Assembly: GCA_008932965.1 (NCBI GenBank)
Contig: WBXG01000019.1
Coordinates: 1 to 28,040 of the forward strand
Source: Verrucomicrobiota bacterium
GTDB lineage: Bacteria; Verrucomicrobiota; Verrucomicrobiia; Chthoniobacterales; UBA6821
DNA: 28,040 bases
Direction: 5' to 3'
Shown one piece after another: positions 1 through 7,151 of the stretch; position 1 is the stretch's first letter; each line of letters opens with the position of its first letter. Under the pieces are notes generated by a model. It was not told the DNA's origin. It was given only the letters and a program-made list of their open reading frames with translations, and did no database searches. The translations under genes and the position numbers were made by a program.

Positions 1-105
1 GCTGTATGTTTCATACTGTCCAAATCACAATTCGAGACCAACGCAGTAATGAGGAGCTTTCCACAAGCCGTAATAGATTTAGTGTGAAATATCCGGGTTA
101 AAGCC
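1..105. repeat. Partial copy (central hairpin plus right arm) of the ~190-bp imperfect-palindrome repeat family, cut by the window edge
   Basis: 1-105 aligns by eye with 27527-27630 and 22209-22313. Shared elements are the central GCTGTATG..CATACTG hairpin, CAAATCA.AAT, AACGCAG, and the terminal GTGTGAAATATCCGGGTTA. Confidence 0.7.
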
Positions 106-203
106 AGGGCAGTCTCCACCGCAGTCTCCCGACCGCCGGTGGTGTCTGCATCAGGATTCACGGCTCCTCGCGACGGACCAGTATGAAATATGCGGGCTAA
201 ATC
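106..203. repeat. Second, solitary arm of the same repeat family, directly abutting the first
   Basis: The reverse complement of 106-203 (TTAGCCCGCATATTTCATACTGGTCCGTCGCGAGGAGCC..CTGATGCAG..) matches the left arm of the 27445-27630 copy (TTAGCCCGGATATTTCATACTGATCGCGACGAGGAGGC..CTGATGG). It ends 8 nt from the stop codon of the permease gene. Confidence 0.65.
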
Positions 204-211
204 ACTTCAGG

Positions 212-2095
212 CTAGCCACAGACAACAAGATACATATCTTCAGGAATCATTTTTGAAAGGGTGCTTACCATATCCCCGCGTAACATTGTGATGAGTGTTC
301 CTCTTTGGGAAGCACCAATAATGACACGTTCAGCTCCAATAGTTGAAGCAAGATCAGCAATAGCATTAGGAGGAGAATCACTAATCGTATAGCAGGGCAA
401 AATTTTCTCTCCAAGACCTTGTGTTTGCAGGCTCTCAAAAATTTCTTTTGCCTCCATATCATCATACCATTTCTTTTTGCGATCACCAGGAGCAATGACT
501 GGTTGCTCACGCACAAACATCACATAAAGAGGACGACCTGTTTCGATAGCTTCACTCACGGCAAAGTCGAGTGTTTTACCCAGTCCTCGTACTGCAGCTA
601 AAATAGGGCCTCCATGATGCTGCGTGGGGTGATGAAACGAATTTTTTGAAAGAGCTATTGTTTTAGCTGCCGAAGAAGCAAAGTGATGAGAGGTGACAGG
701 CACCTGAGTCACCTTGTGGTGATTCAATTGATGCCCCATTTCCTTAGCTCTGGCATCCTTACGCGCAGAGTGCTCCCTTGCTAGACCGCGCATGATCAAT
801 CCTACAGCCAAAATCGTGACAGCAAAAACACGTGCTCCTGGCTTTTCGACAAAGAGGGTGATTTCAATGGCTACCAAAATAGCAAAAGTCACAAACATGA
901 GGAGGCGTTCTCTCCATTTCAATAAAAGTTTTCGATCAGTTGACGTAGCACCTAGATTGGTAGCAATGGCTCCAACAACTCCTACTGCATAAAGCTCTGC
1001 TAAGCCGGAAATATCTCCAACCAAAATGACGAGTGCTGCTGGGATAAGCACCATGACAATGAGAGAAAAATAAGGAACCCCAAATTGATTGAGCTTTGCA
1101 AAAACAGGAGGTAGCTCATGGTCCTTGGACATTAAAAAGCTAATCGATATTAATCCAAGAATAGCTGTATTCACTGCTGAAAGGAGGAGTAACCCAAAAG
1201 TAATACTCACTGCCCAAGCAGCAATGGTTCCAAATAACGGCCCAAAGGAATCCCCAACAAAAACTTGAGCCATATAGCGGAGCATGTAATCGCGCACTCC
1301 TTCTGCTCCAGGAGCATTAACCTCTCCGCTTGCGAGCACTAATCCTGGCAAAGCCATCATGGCAAGACCAAGGAGAGCAGTGAAACCTACTACTTCACAA
1401 AGCACTACCAGCAACGCTTTAGTTGATGTTTTTGTAACCACGGGAGAGCGCAAGGAACTTCCAGGGTTGAGCTTCATCACACCGGTTGCATTGGCAATGG
1501 CCTCAACTCCGGACAGGGCAAGGACAATACTCACAAAGCCAGTCCAATTGTGAATGATTCCACTATGAAGTGGCTTTAAATGAGCTATTGCTGTTCCTAA
1601 ATGAGGTAAGGCAAAGAGCCCCAGAAGCAAAACGATGATTGCCGTTGGAATAGAAACCATAACAGCAAAAGCACCACTATGTTTAGGTCCAAATAAATTC
1701 AAAGCACCAATAACTAGAATAGCTCCCCCTGCAAAATAGATAGGATGCTCCACTCCAAGATATTTAAACGCAGCTAATGCACTCAACGAGGCAGTCACAA
1801 TGTAGTCTGCGACCATAAGAAAAGCCCCAACTATAGAAATAATTTCTGAACGATGGCGCACACTTGCATAAACCCCTCCTCCATTAGGGTAAAGACGGCA
1901 GATCGTAATATAGTTGATACCAACAAGTGCCGTCAAAAGGCACATTGGCACAATCAGCCAAAAAGAACTATACCCTGCAACAGCAAAAGCTAACCCTATA
2001 ACATAGGCCTTACTTGTACCCCAATCTCCATAAAGAATTCCTGCTGCTCTTTTCCAATCAATATCACGAGGACGTGATGTTCCAGTGTCTAGCAT
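212..2095 (-). CDS. APC-superfamily permease (about 12 TM segments) fused to a C-terminal universal-stress-protein (USP)-like domain
   Basis: 627-aa ORF with an ATG start at 2095. The N-terminal ~440 aa are polytopic and hydrophobic, with a YGDWGTSKAY motif typical of transporter N-termini. The C-terminal ~130 aa has a USP-like alpha/beta pattern (..VMFVRE.., ..RVIIGASQRGTL..). The start lies 14 nt after the upstream gene's stop. Confidence 0.6.
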   Translation of the reverse strand: MLDTGTSRPRDIDWKRAAGILYGDWGTSKAYVIGLAFAVAGYSSFWLIVPMCLLTALVGINYITICRLYPNGGGVYASVRHRSEIISIVGAFLMVADYIVTASLSALAAFKYLGVEHPIYFAGGAILVIGALNLFGPKHSGAFAVMVSIPTAIIVLLLGLFALPHLGTAIAHLKPLHSGIIHNWTGFVSIVLALSGVEAIANATGVMKLNPGSSLRSPVVTKTSTKALLVVLCEVVGFTALLGLAMMALPGLVLASGEVNAPGAEGVRDYMLRYMAQVFVGDSFGPLFGTIAAWAVSITFGLLLLSAVNTAILGLISISFLMSKDHELPPVFAKLNQFGVPYFSLIVMVLIPAALVILVGDISGLAELYAVGVVGAIATNLGATSTDRKLLLKWRERLLMFVTFAILVAIEITLFVEKPGARVFAVTILAVGLIMRGLAREHSARKDARAKEMGHQLNHHKVTQVPVTSHHFASSAAKTIALSKNSFHHPTQHHGGPILAAVRGLGKTLDFAVSEAIETGRPLYVMFVREQPVIAPGDRKKKWYDDMEAKEIFESLQTQGLGEKILPCYTISDSPPNAIADLASTIGAERVIIGASQRGTLITMLRGDMVSTLSKMIPEDMYLVVCG

Positions 2096-2109
2096 AAAGT
2101 TAGTGGACG

Positions 2110-2586
2110 TTAGCAGTTGAGTGAGGTCTGTTCTTCATTCGATTCAGAACAAGAACATCCTTGTGAACAGCTAGACGCATCAAATTGTTCTTCAATAAGA
2201 ACAACCTGCAAATCAATCTGCTGATGAGAAAGCTGATGGTGTGCTCTTTCAATAAAGCCCAATGCCTCTTCACTCGGTTCATGAAGAGTGCGAAGTTCGA
2301 TACGCACTGGCTTTTCTTTAAGATGTGGAAAGGTCTCTTCCATTTCTCCATCGAGGACAAAGGAGAGATAAGCATTGAGTTTTTCTTGAAGTTGAAAAAG
2401 TTGAATTTCTCCTAAATTCCAAGGGCGACTTTCAAACATAGCCAGAATGAGAAGATCATCATTTTTGTCATGGACGAAAGCATCGAGAGTTGCTGTTTTT
2501 TCGAGACCAGAGGAAATCGAGGAACAGCATTTGGAGTTCCTATCATTCGAACCACAACAAGGGGAAGAAGCATGTTCAGAGGACAT
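2110..2586 (-). CDS. Hypothetical 158-aa soluble protein with Cys-rich N- and C-terminal tails around an acidic core domain
   Basis: ATG at 2586 lies 3 nt after the DUF420 stop. The N-tail is SSPCCGSNDRNSKCCSS and the C-tail is SSCSQGCSCSE..SLNC. The core (LDAFVHDKNDDLLILAMFESRPWN..LQEKLNAYLSFVLDGEM..KPVRIEL) resembles a widespread DUF family that I recall as DUF6572, but I cannot verify that here. Confidence 0.6.
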   Translation of the reverse strand: MSSEHASSPCCGSNDRNSKCCSSISSGLEKTATLDAFVHDKNDDLLILAMFESRPWNLGEIQLFQLQEKLNAYLSFVLDGEMEETFPHLKEKPVRIELRTLHEPSEEALGFIERAHHQLSHQQIDLQVVLIEEQFDASSCSQGCSCSESNEEQTSLNC

Positions 2587-2589
2587 AAA

Positions 2590-3021
2590 TCAAGCCTGAG
2601 GAAATAAAACGTATAACATGAGGTAAACCAAAACCCCAGTAACAGAGACATAAAGCCAAATCGGCAAGGTCCATCGGGCAATTTTTTTGTGGCGATCAAA
2701 ACGTTTCTGCAATGCAGGTATAAACGTCATGATTACTAATGGTACCACAGCTAATGCTAATGGAAGATGCGTGAAGAGAATAAAAAAGTAAATGAGCCTT
2801 GGCCATCCTGTTGCTGTAAAAGCGACATGGTGTCCAGGAATATTAAAATGATAGATGAGATAACATGAGAGAAAAAAACAGGATGTAATGAATGCAGTGA
2901 TCATACAGCATGCGTGAGCTCGCGGATGCCTACTCTTAATAAAACACCATCCAGCAAAGATGAAAATAGCACTCAAACTATTGAGCAGAGCATTGATTAA
3001 GGGTAGTTGAGAAATGGTCAT
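2590..3021 (-). CDS. DUF420 family membrane protein (CtaM-like cytochrome aa3 assembly factor)
   Basis: Four TM segments with an N-terminal LPLINALLNSLSAIFIFAGWCFIK pattern typical of DUF420. The tracked start at 3054 is TTG, and I prefer the ATG at 3021. It sits in an oxidase assembly context. Confidence 0.7.
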   Translation of the reverse strand: MTISQLPLINALLNSLSAIFIFAGWCFIKSRHPRAHACCMITAFITSCFFLSCYLIYHFNIPGHHVAFTATGWPRLIYFFILFTHLPLALAVVPLVIMTFIPALQKRFDRHKKIARWTLPIWLYVSVTGVLVYLMLYVLFPQA

Positions 3022-3058
3022 CGAAGACAAATAACAAGTGAAGAGTAGAGTCAAATTA

Positions 3059-3197
3059 CTTTGAAATTACATGAAAGAAGGAAGCTTTTTCTAGGCAGAG
3101 CGAGGCCGAAGACCGAGCACTGTCCAAAGATAATATGAAGGGATGAGAACAAAGCTATTTTCTAAAAAGAACAAGGTGATTTTTTGTAATTTCAAAG
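3059..3197. repeat. Perfect 13-bp inverted repeat (CTTTGAAATTACA at 3059-3071, TGTAATTTCAAAG at 3185-3197) bracketing an intergenic spacer
   Basis: Read directly from the sequence. The arms are 113 nt apart and enclose the whole gap between the small CxxC ORF stop (3192) and the DUF420 start region. Confidence 0.5.
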
Positions 3198-3449
3198 AAA
3201 TTTGACTCTGCTCTGCAATCGATGTGCTTTATCAGCCTGCAAACAAGCAGAGCGAATCGCCCAGCAAAGAATACCCAGCAACAAAAAAACAAAGGCGAGC
3301 AGAAAGAGAACACTCCAGGAGAGGGCAATTCCAGCTTGAAGAGTTTGTGTTTCCTTAAATCCGTTGATAGAGGACATTTTACATCCTTCACAAGCACGTG
3401 CCAACGACGGCCAATAATAGAAAAGAGGGAAAAGATAAAATCGTTTCAT
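3192..3449 (-). CDS. Candidate small (85-aa) membrane protein: signal-like N-terminus, CxxC, one TM helix
   Basis: ATG at 3449 lies 8 nt after the SCO1 stop. The protein starts MKRFYLFPLFYYWPSLARA|CEGCK (AxA-type cleavage site) and then has the TM helix IALSWSVLFLLAFVFLLLGILCWAI. Two competing overlapping ORFs (3155-3397 on the minus strand, 3222-3467 on the plus strand) lack such features. Confidence 0.45.
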   Translation of the reverse strand: MKRFYLFPLFYYWPSLARACEGCKMSSINGFKETQTLQAGIALSWSVLFLLAFVFLLLGILCWAIRSACLQADKAHRLQSRVKFL

Positions 3450-3457
3450 GGAAAATA

Positions 3458-4165
3458 CTATTTTTGAGAAGGCTCACGCAAAAGATCCCCAACCTTCATC
3501 AATATTTTTTGGACAACCTCAGGATCATTCCCGTCACTATAGCTTCGAATCATACCGTTTCTATCGACCACCATCAAGCGCAGAGAGTGAGCAGGAGCTC
3601 CATCAGATTCTATGGCTAGTGGTTGCTTCATTCCCCCTTGAATAAAGGAGGTGATTTGAGGAAGTGGCCCGGTTAAAAAAATCCATTGTTGAGGATTTGC
3701 ATGAATATTGCGTGCATAGTCGGCAAGTACTTCAGGAGTATCGTAAGCGGGATCAACTGATACTGATATCAGTTTGACTTCATGATTTTTGGCAAGCTTC
3801 GAGGAAAGTTCCATCATACGAGAAGTCAACATAGGGCACGGCCCCACACAACGAGTGAAAATAAAATCGGCAATCCAGATTTTACCATGAAGGTCGGCCT
3901 TAGTCATCGTTTTCCCCTCTTGCGTTGTGAAAGAAAAATCGGGCACCTCCCCAATCGGAAGCTCCTTGATAGAATAACGTCGTTCAGAACGATGAAAACT
4001 TATAAAGGCTGCTCCTATGAGAAGACCAGTAATAAGAAAAATAAGAATCCACCAAGAGGCGGAAAGAGACTTAGGCTGAAAGGTATTCGAGTTCAAAGAT
4101 GGGGAAGAAAGGTAACAAAGCGGTAATCTTGTTTTATGCTTCAGTGGTTTTATTTTGAAGCTCAA
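3458..4165 (-). CDS. SCO1/SenC family copper chaperone / thiol-disulfide protein
   Basis: N-terminal TM anchor (WWILIFLITGLLIGAAFI), thioredoxin-fold CxxxC (FTRCVGPCP) and a downstream His (APAHSLRLMVVD). The start is uncertain. There is no ATG, the tracked start at 4219 is TTG, a TTG at 4165 forms a TTGA overlap with the ctaE stop, and another TTG lies at 4096. Confidence 0.8.
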   Translation of the reverse strand: MSFKIKPLKHKTRLPLCYLSSPSLNSNTFQPKSLSASWWILIFLITGLLIGAAFISFHRSERRYSIKELPIGEVPDFSFTTQEGKTMTKADLHGKIWIADFIFTRCVGPCPMLTSRMMELSSKLAKNHEVKLISVSVDPAYDTPEVLADYARNIHANPQQWIFLTGPLPQITSFIQGGMKQPLAIESDGAPAHSLRLMVVDRNGMIRSYSDGNDPEVVQKILMKVGDLLREPSQK

Positions 4166-4782
4166 ACAATATACAAAATCATATAGAGGAATACCCAGAC
4201 CACATCGACAAAATGCCAATAGAGCCCAACATTATCGAGTGCTACATGATGGTGCTGGGTAAAAGATTTGAAGAAACATTGACGTAAAAAGCACCAGAGT
4301 ATTAAGAGCACCCCAATAAGAACATGGGCCCCATGAAATCCTGTCATCACAAAAAAAGAGGATCCATAGACTCCACCAACATGAAACCAGAGCCCTTCGC
4401 GATAGAGGTGAGTCCATTCATAGGCCTGTCCACACAGGAATGTAGAACCTAAAAGAATGGTTAAGAGAAGCCAGCGACGCCCTGTCTTGCCACTCTTGAC
4501 TGAAACTTCCACCATATGAAAAGCGAGACTACTTGCGATCAGCACGAGCGTATTACATCCGGTTAACACCTTTGGCAAGGCCGGAAGATCTGGTGATGGA
4601 GGCCACTGAGCCGAGGCCAAACGCAACACAATATAGCCGCCTATAAGTCCCGCAAAGAGCATCGCCTCAGAAAGCAAAAAAATAATCATTCCAAATTTGC
4701 AGACATGGGGAGGAGCACCATGATGAGAGGATTCGGTGGAATGAACTTGATCAAAAGGAGTAGTAAGAGCGCTGGAGGACAT
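4162..4782 (-). CDS. ctaE: Cytochrome c oxidase subunit III
   Basis: Motifs FHGAHVLIGV and LYWHFVDVVWVFLY in a polytopic membrane protein. The tracked start at 4824 is TTG, and the ATG at 4782 (MSSSALTTPF..) is more likely. Confidence 0.85.
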   Translation of the reverse strand: MSSSALTTPFDQVHSTESSHHGAPPHVCKFGMIIFLLSEAMLFAGLIGGYIVLRLASAQWPPSPDLPALPKVLTGCNTLVLIASSLAFHMVEVSVKSGKTGRRWLLLTILLGSTFLCGQAYEWTHLYREGLWFHVGGVYGSSFFVMTGFHGAHVLIGVLLILWCFLRQCFFKSFTQHHHVALDNVGLYWHFVDVVWVFLYMILYIV

Positions 4783-4847
4783 AGGAACTTTCTTAAAAGA
4801 AAATGAGTTTAGACAAAAAAGCAAAAATGAAAAAGAGGTATTTATAT

Positions 4848-4876
4848 ATTTTAGAGCGAATAATCTCTCTTCTCAA
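4848..4876 (-). promoter_or_regulatory. Candidate sigma70-type internal promoter upstream of ctaE
   Basis: The minus strand reads TTGAGA, then 17 nt, then TAAAAT (-35 at 4876-4871, -10 at 4853-4848). It lies 60-90 nt upstream of the ctaE ATG. This rests on the sequence match only. Confidence 0.3.
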
Positions 4877-4923
4877 CCGCAGAATTTCGAGGCAAGCCAG
4901 ATATTTTATGAACTATAGTCTCA

Positions 4924-5040
4924 TTATTGGGTCAGCGCTGGTCCACGCAGCAGCATCAGCCAAAAAACAATTGCAGTGAGAACAATCGCAAAAAGAAAAA
5001 TACTAAGACCGATGAAATAACGTCTGCTTTTTGGCATCAT
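4924..5040 (-). CDS. Untracked 38-aa single-pass membrane ORF (MMPKSRRYFIGLSIFLFAIVLTAIVFWLMLLRGPALTQ)
   Basis: I translated the minus strand by hand. ATG at 5040-5038 overlaps the ctaB TGA (5039-5037) as ATGA. The basic N-terminus followed by a 21-residue hydrophobic helix gives positive-inside topology. The stop is TAA at 4926-4924. It sits between ctaB and ctaE. Confidence 0.5.
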   Translation of the reverse strand: MMPKSRRYFIGLSIFLFAIVLTAIVFWLMLLRGPALTQ

Positions 5041-5951
5041 AAAAATTTATTTTTACAAAATAAGAGAGCTAATAAAATTAACGGTAAATAAATGATAGAG
5101 GCAAAGAATAAAAATCGTGCTTTTTTTCGTGAACGCTGCATTACAAAATTGAGAGCTGCTAGTACAAAAACGAATCCAAGAATCAGAGCCAAGACAAAAT
5201 AGAGAGGTGTTGCCATTCCTATTACTCCTGGTAAAAGCGAAACGGCAAGCAACCCTAATGCATAGAGCAAAGCTTGACGTGAAGTCATCAACCCCTCCGG
5301 ATCATCCACACTCAGCATACGAAAACCAGCTGCTGCATAATCGTCACGATAAAGCCACGCGATAGCAAGAAAGTGGGGCATCTGCCAAAACCATAGAAGG
5401 AGAAAAAGAAGCACTCCCTCCAATCCTATTTCTCCTGTTGCAGCAGTCCATCCCAGAAGTGGAGGGATGGCTCCAGGAACAGCTCCTAGTAACGTATTGA
5501 GAGTGGTGTGACGCTTCATGGGAGTATATCCAAGAACATAAATAGCCACTGTTGCCAACCCTAATGAAGCTGACACAAGATTAACAAAAAAGAGAAGAAG
5601 GGCCGTTCCTATGAACACAGATAAGAGACCAAAGAGAAGGGCATCGCGCGGGTGTAACCGTTTTGCAGGAAGCGGGCGATCTTGAGTTCTCTTCATGAGA
5701 GCATCAAGTTCATGCTCCCACCATTGATTCAGAGCAGAAGCCCCACAAGCGCTCAAACCAGTTCCAAGGAGCGTTACCCCTAATAAAAAATAATCGATAG
5801 GCCCCGTCCATCCCAAAAGAAAACCAACTAACGTCGTAATAAGTACAAGTAGCGATAAACGAAGTTTGATGAGCTCCATGAGATCACTTCTTAGGGAGTG
5901 ATTTTTCTGACTACTCTCCTCACTTTTTTCACTCATGTTAGTTTGTTGCAT
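5037..5951 (-). CDS. ctaB: Protohaem IX farnesyltransferase (haem O synthase), UbiA family
   Basis: UbiA-type motif NQWWEHELDALMKRTQDRPLP and about 8-9 TM helices. The tracked start at 5990 is TTG, and ATG candidates lie at 5951 and 5936. Confidence 0.85.
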   Translation of the reverse strand: MQQTNMSEKSEESSQKNHSLRSDLMELIKLRLSLLVLITTLVGFLLGWTGPIDYFLLGVTLLGTGLSACGASALNQWWEHELDALMKRTQDRPLPAKRLHPRDALLFGLLSVFIGTALLLFFVNLVSASLGLATVAIYVLGYTPMKRHTTLNTLLGAVPGAIPPLLGWTAATGEIGLEGVLLFLLLWFWQMPHFLAIAWLYRDDYAAAGFRMLSVDDPEGLMTSRQALLYALGLLAVSLLPGVIGMATPLYFVLALILGFVFVLAALNFVMQRSRKKARFLFFASIIYLPLILLALLFCKNKFL

Positions 5952-6013
5952 TATCAAAATTGTTAGCAGTAATGATAGCCAACTCACCAATTAGAACAGC
6001 CTTATTTTTTTAT

Positions 6014-7051
6014 TTATCCTTCTTTTGCTGAAAAACTTTCGTTTTTTTGGCTTGAAATAAATAATCGAAACGTAAAAAGAAAGGCCGTTCCAAGAATCAA
6101 TGCTCCCAAAGCCATATGGGTTGTTGCCACATCAGCTGCCTTATTCGACCAAATCGTCCAAGCTCCGAGAACTACTTGGCATAAAAGCAATAGCCCCCAT
6201 AAGGTTGACCAACGACGCACCCAATGTCCTTTTGGAAAAAGTTCATAACTTCGAATAATTAAAAGGAGAACAATTCCAAAGAGTAGAATAGCTCCACCCC
6301 GATGAATCATTTGAAGAGAGATTTGCGTTGTTGTTGTCGGCATCATTCCTTGTGCAAGACGATCTTCATTGATGGTAGCAAGCGCCTCGTTTGAAAGTGA
6401 AGGAAGCAAGTGCCCATAGGCTGTGGGAAAATCAGGGATCGAGAGGCCGAGATGGCTATGGCGCATGGTAGCAGCAATAATTAATTGAAAATAAATTAAA
6501 ATGATTCCTGCAAGTGCAAGCCATTGGAGACGAGCTGCAGCACTGTCACCAAACCATGTCCCTTCAGAAAAACGACGACTTGTCATTGCGGAGAAAATTA
6601 CAAGAAGACCAAAGAAGGATTGAGCGAGGATTGCATGAAAGATCCCGATTTCATCCTTATAAAGAGTGACGCGAAGTCCCCCAAGGACTCCTTGTAAAAT
6701 AACGGCAAAGACTAGAACTGCGGCTACGTAACGGAGAGTAGAACGTTTTTCTAAAAAAAAAGTGAGCGCTGCCAAGATGACTGTGATCAAACCAATCCCT
6801 GATGCTAATAACCGGTGACTATGTTCATAAAAAACTCCTCCCACCCAGCGTGAAAGAGGAAAAAGAAACATATTGTATCCATAAGTTGTCGGCCAATCAG
6901 GAACTGACATTCCTACCCCTTTTGAAGTCACAAGGCCGCCACTGCAGAGAAGGATAAAGGTGAGGAAGGTGGTGGCAACTGCTAAAACATGTAGAAAAGA
7001 AGGCGGAGAAAAGTGAAAACGAGTAACTGCTGGGGAGGACGGTGTTAACAT
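6014..7051 (-). CDS. ctaA: Haem A synthase (COX15/CtaA family)
   Basis: 345-aa protein with about 8 TM helices and paired His-containing helices (EHSHRLLASG, FHAILAQ, IHRGGAILLF, THMALGALIL). ATG at 7051. It is adjacent to ctaB. Confidence 0.8.
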   Translation of the reverse strand: MLTPSSPAVTRFHFSPPSFLHVLAVATTFLTFILLCSGGLVTSKGVGMSVPDWPTTYGYNMFLFPLSRWVGGVFYEHSHRLLASGIGLITVILAALTFFLEKRSTLRYVAAVLVFAVILQGVLGGLRVTLYKDEIGIFHAILAQSFFGLLVIFSAMTSRRFSEGTWFGDSAAARLQWLALAGIILIYFQLIIAATMRHSHLGLSIPDFPTAYGHLLPSLSNEALATINEDRLAQGMMPTTTTQISLQMIHRGGAILLFGIVLLLIIRSYELFPKGHWVRRWSTLWGLLLLCQVVLGAWTIWSNKAADVATTHMALGALILGTAFLFTFRLFISSQKNESFSAKEG

Positions 7052-7151
7052 GTTAATGAACTTTTATTTTCAAGCTCTCATGGAACCCTTCACTTCAAGT
7101 GGCTCTCGAGTGACAGTGCACATGGCATTTTATGATTACAGGAAACCTCTA

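Noticed and set aside
265-1553. Tracked ORFs 265-516(-), 419-601(+), 792-992(+) and 1359-1553(+), which lie inside or antisense to the permease gene
   Set aside because: They are short shadow ORFs wholly inside a 627-aa ORF with clear transporter and USP features. Their translations are low-complexity with no recognisable motifs.
2100-2699. Tracked ORFs 2100-2375(-), 2185-2415(+) and 2412-2699(-), which overlap the Cys-tailed and DUF420 genes
   Set aside because: They are alternative frames of regions better explained by the 2110-2586 and 2590-3021 genes, which have tight operon spacing and domain-like sequence.
3155-3645. Tracked ORFs 3155-3397(-), 3222-3467(+), 3398-3619(+) and 3448-3645(+)
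   Set aside because: They overlap SCO1 or the CxxC ORF in other frames or on the other strand. They have no signal, TM or motif content.
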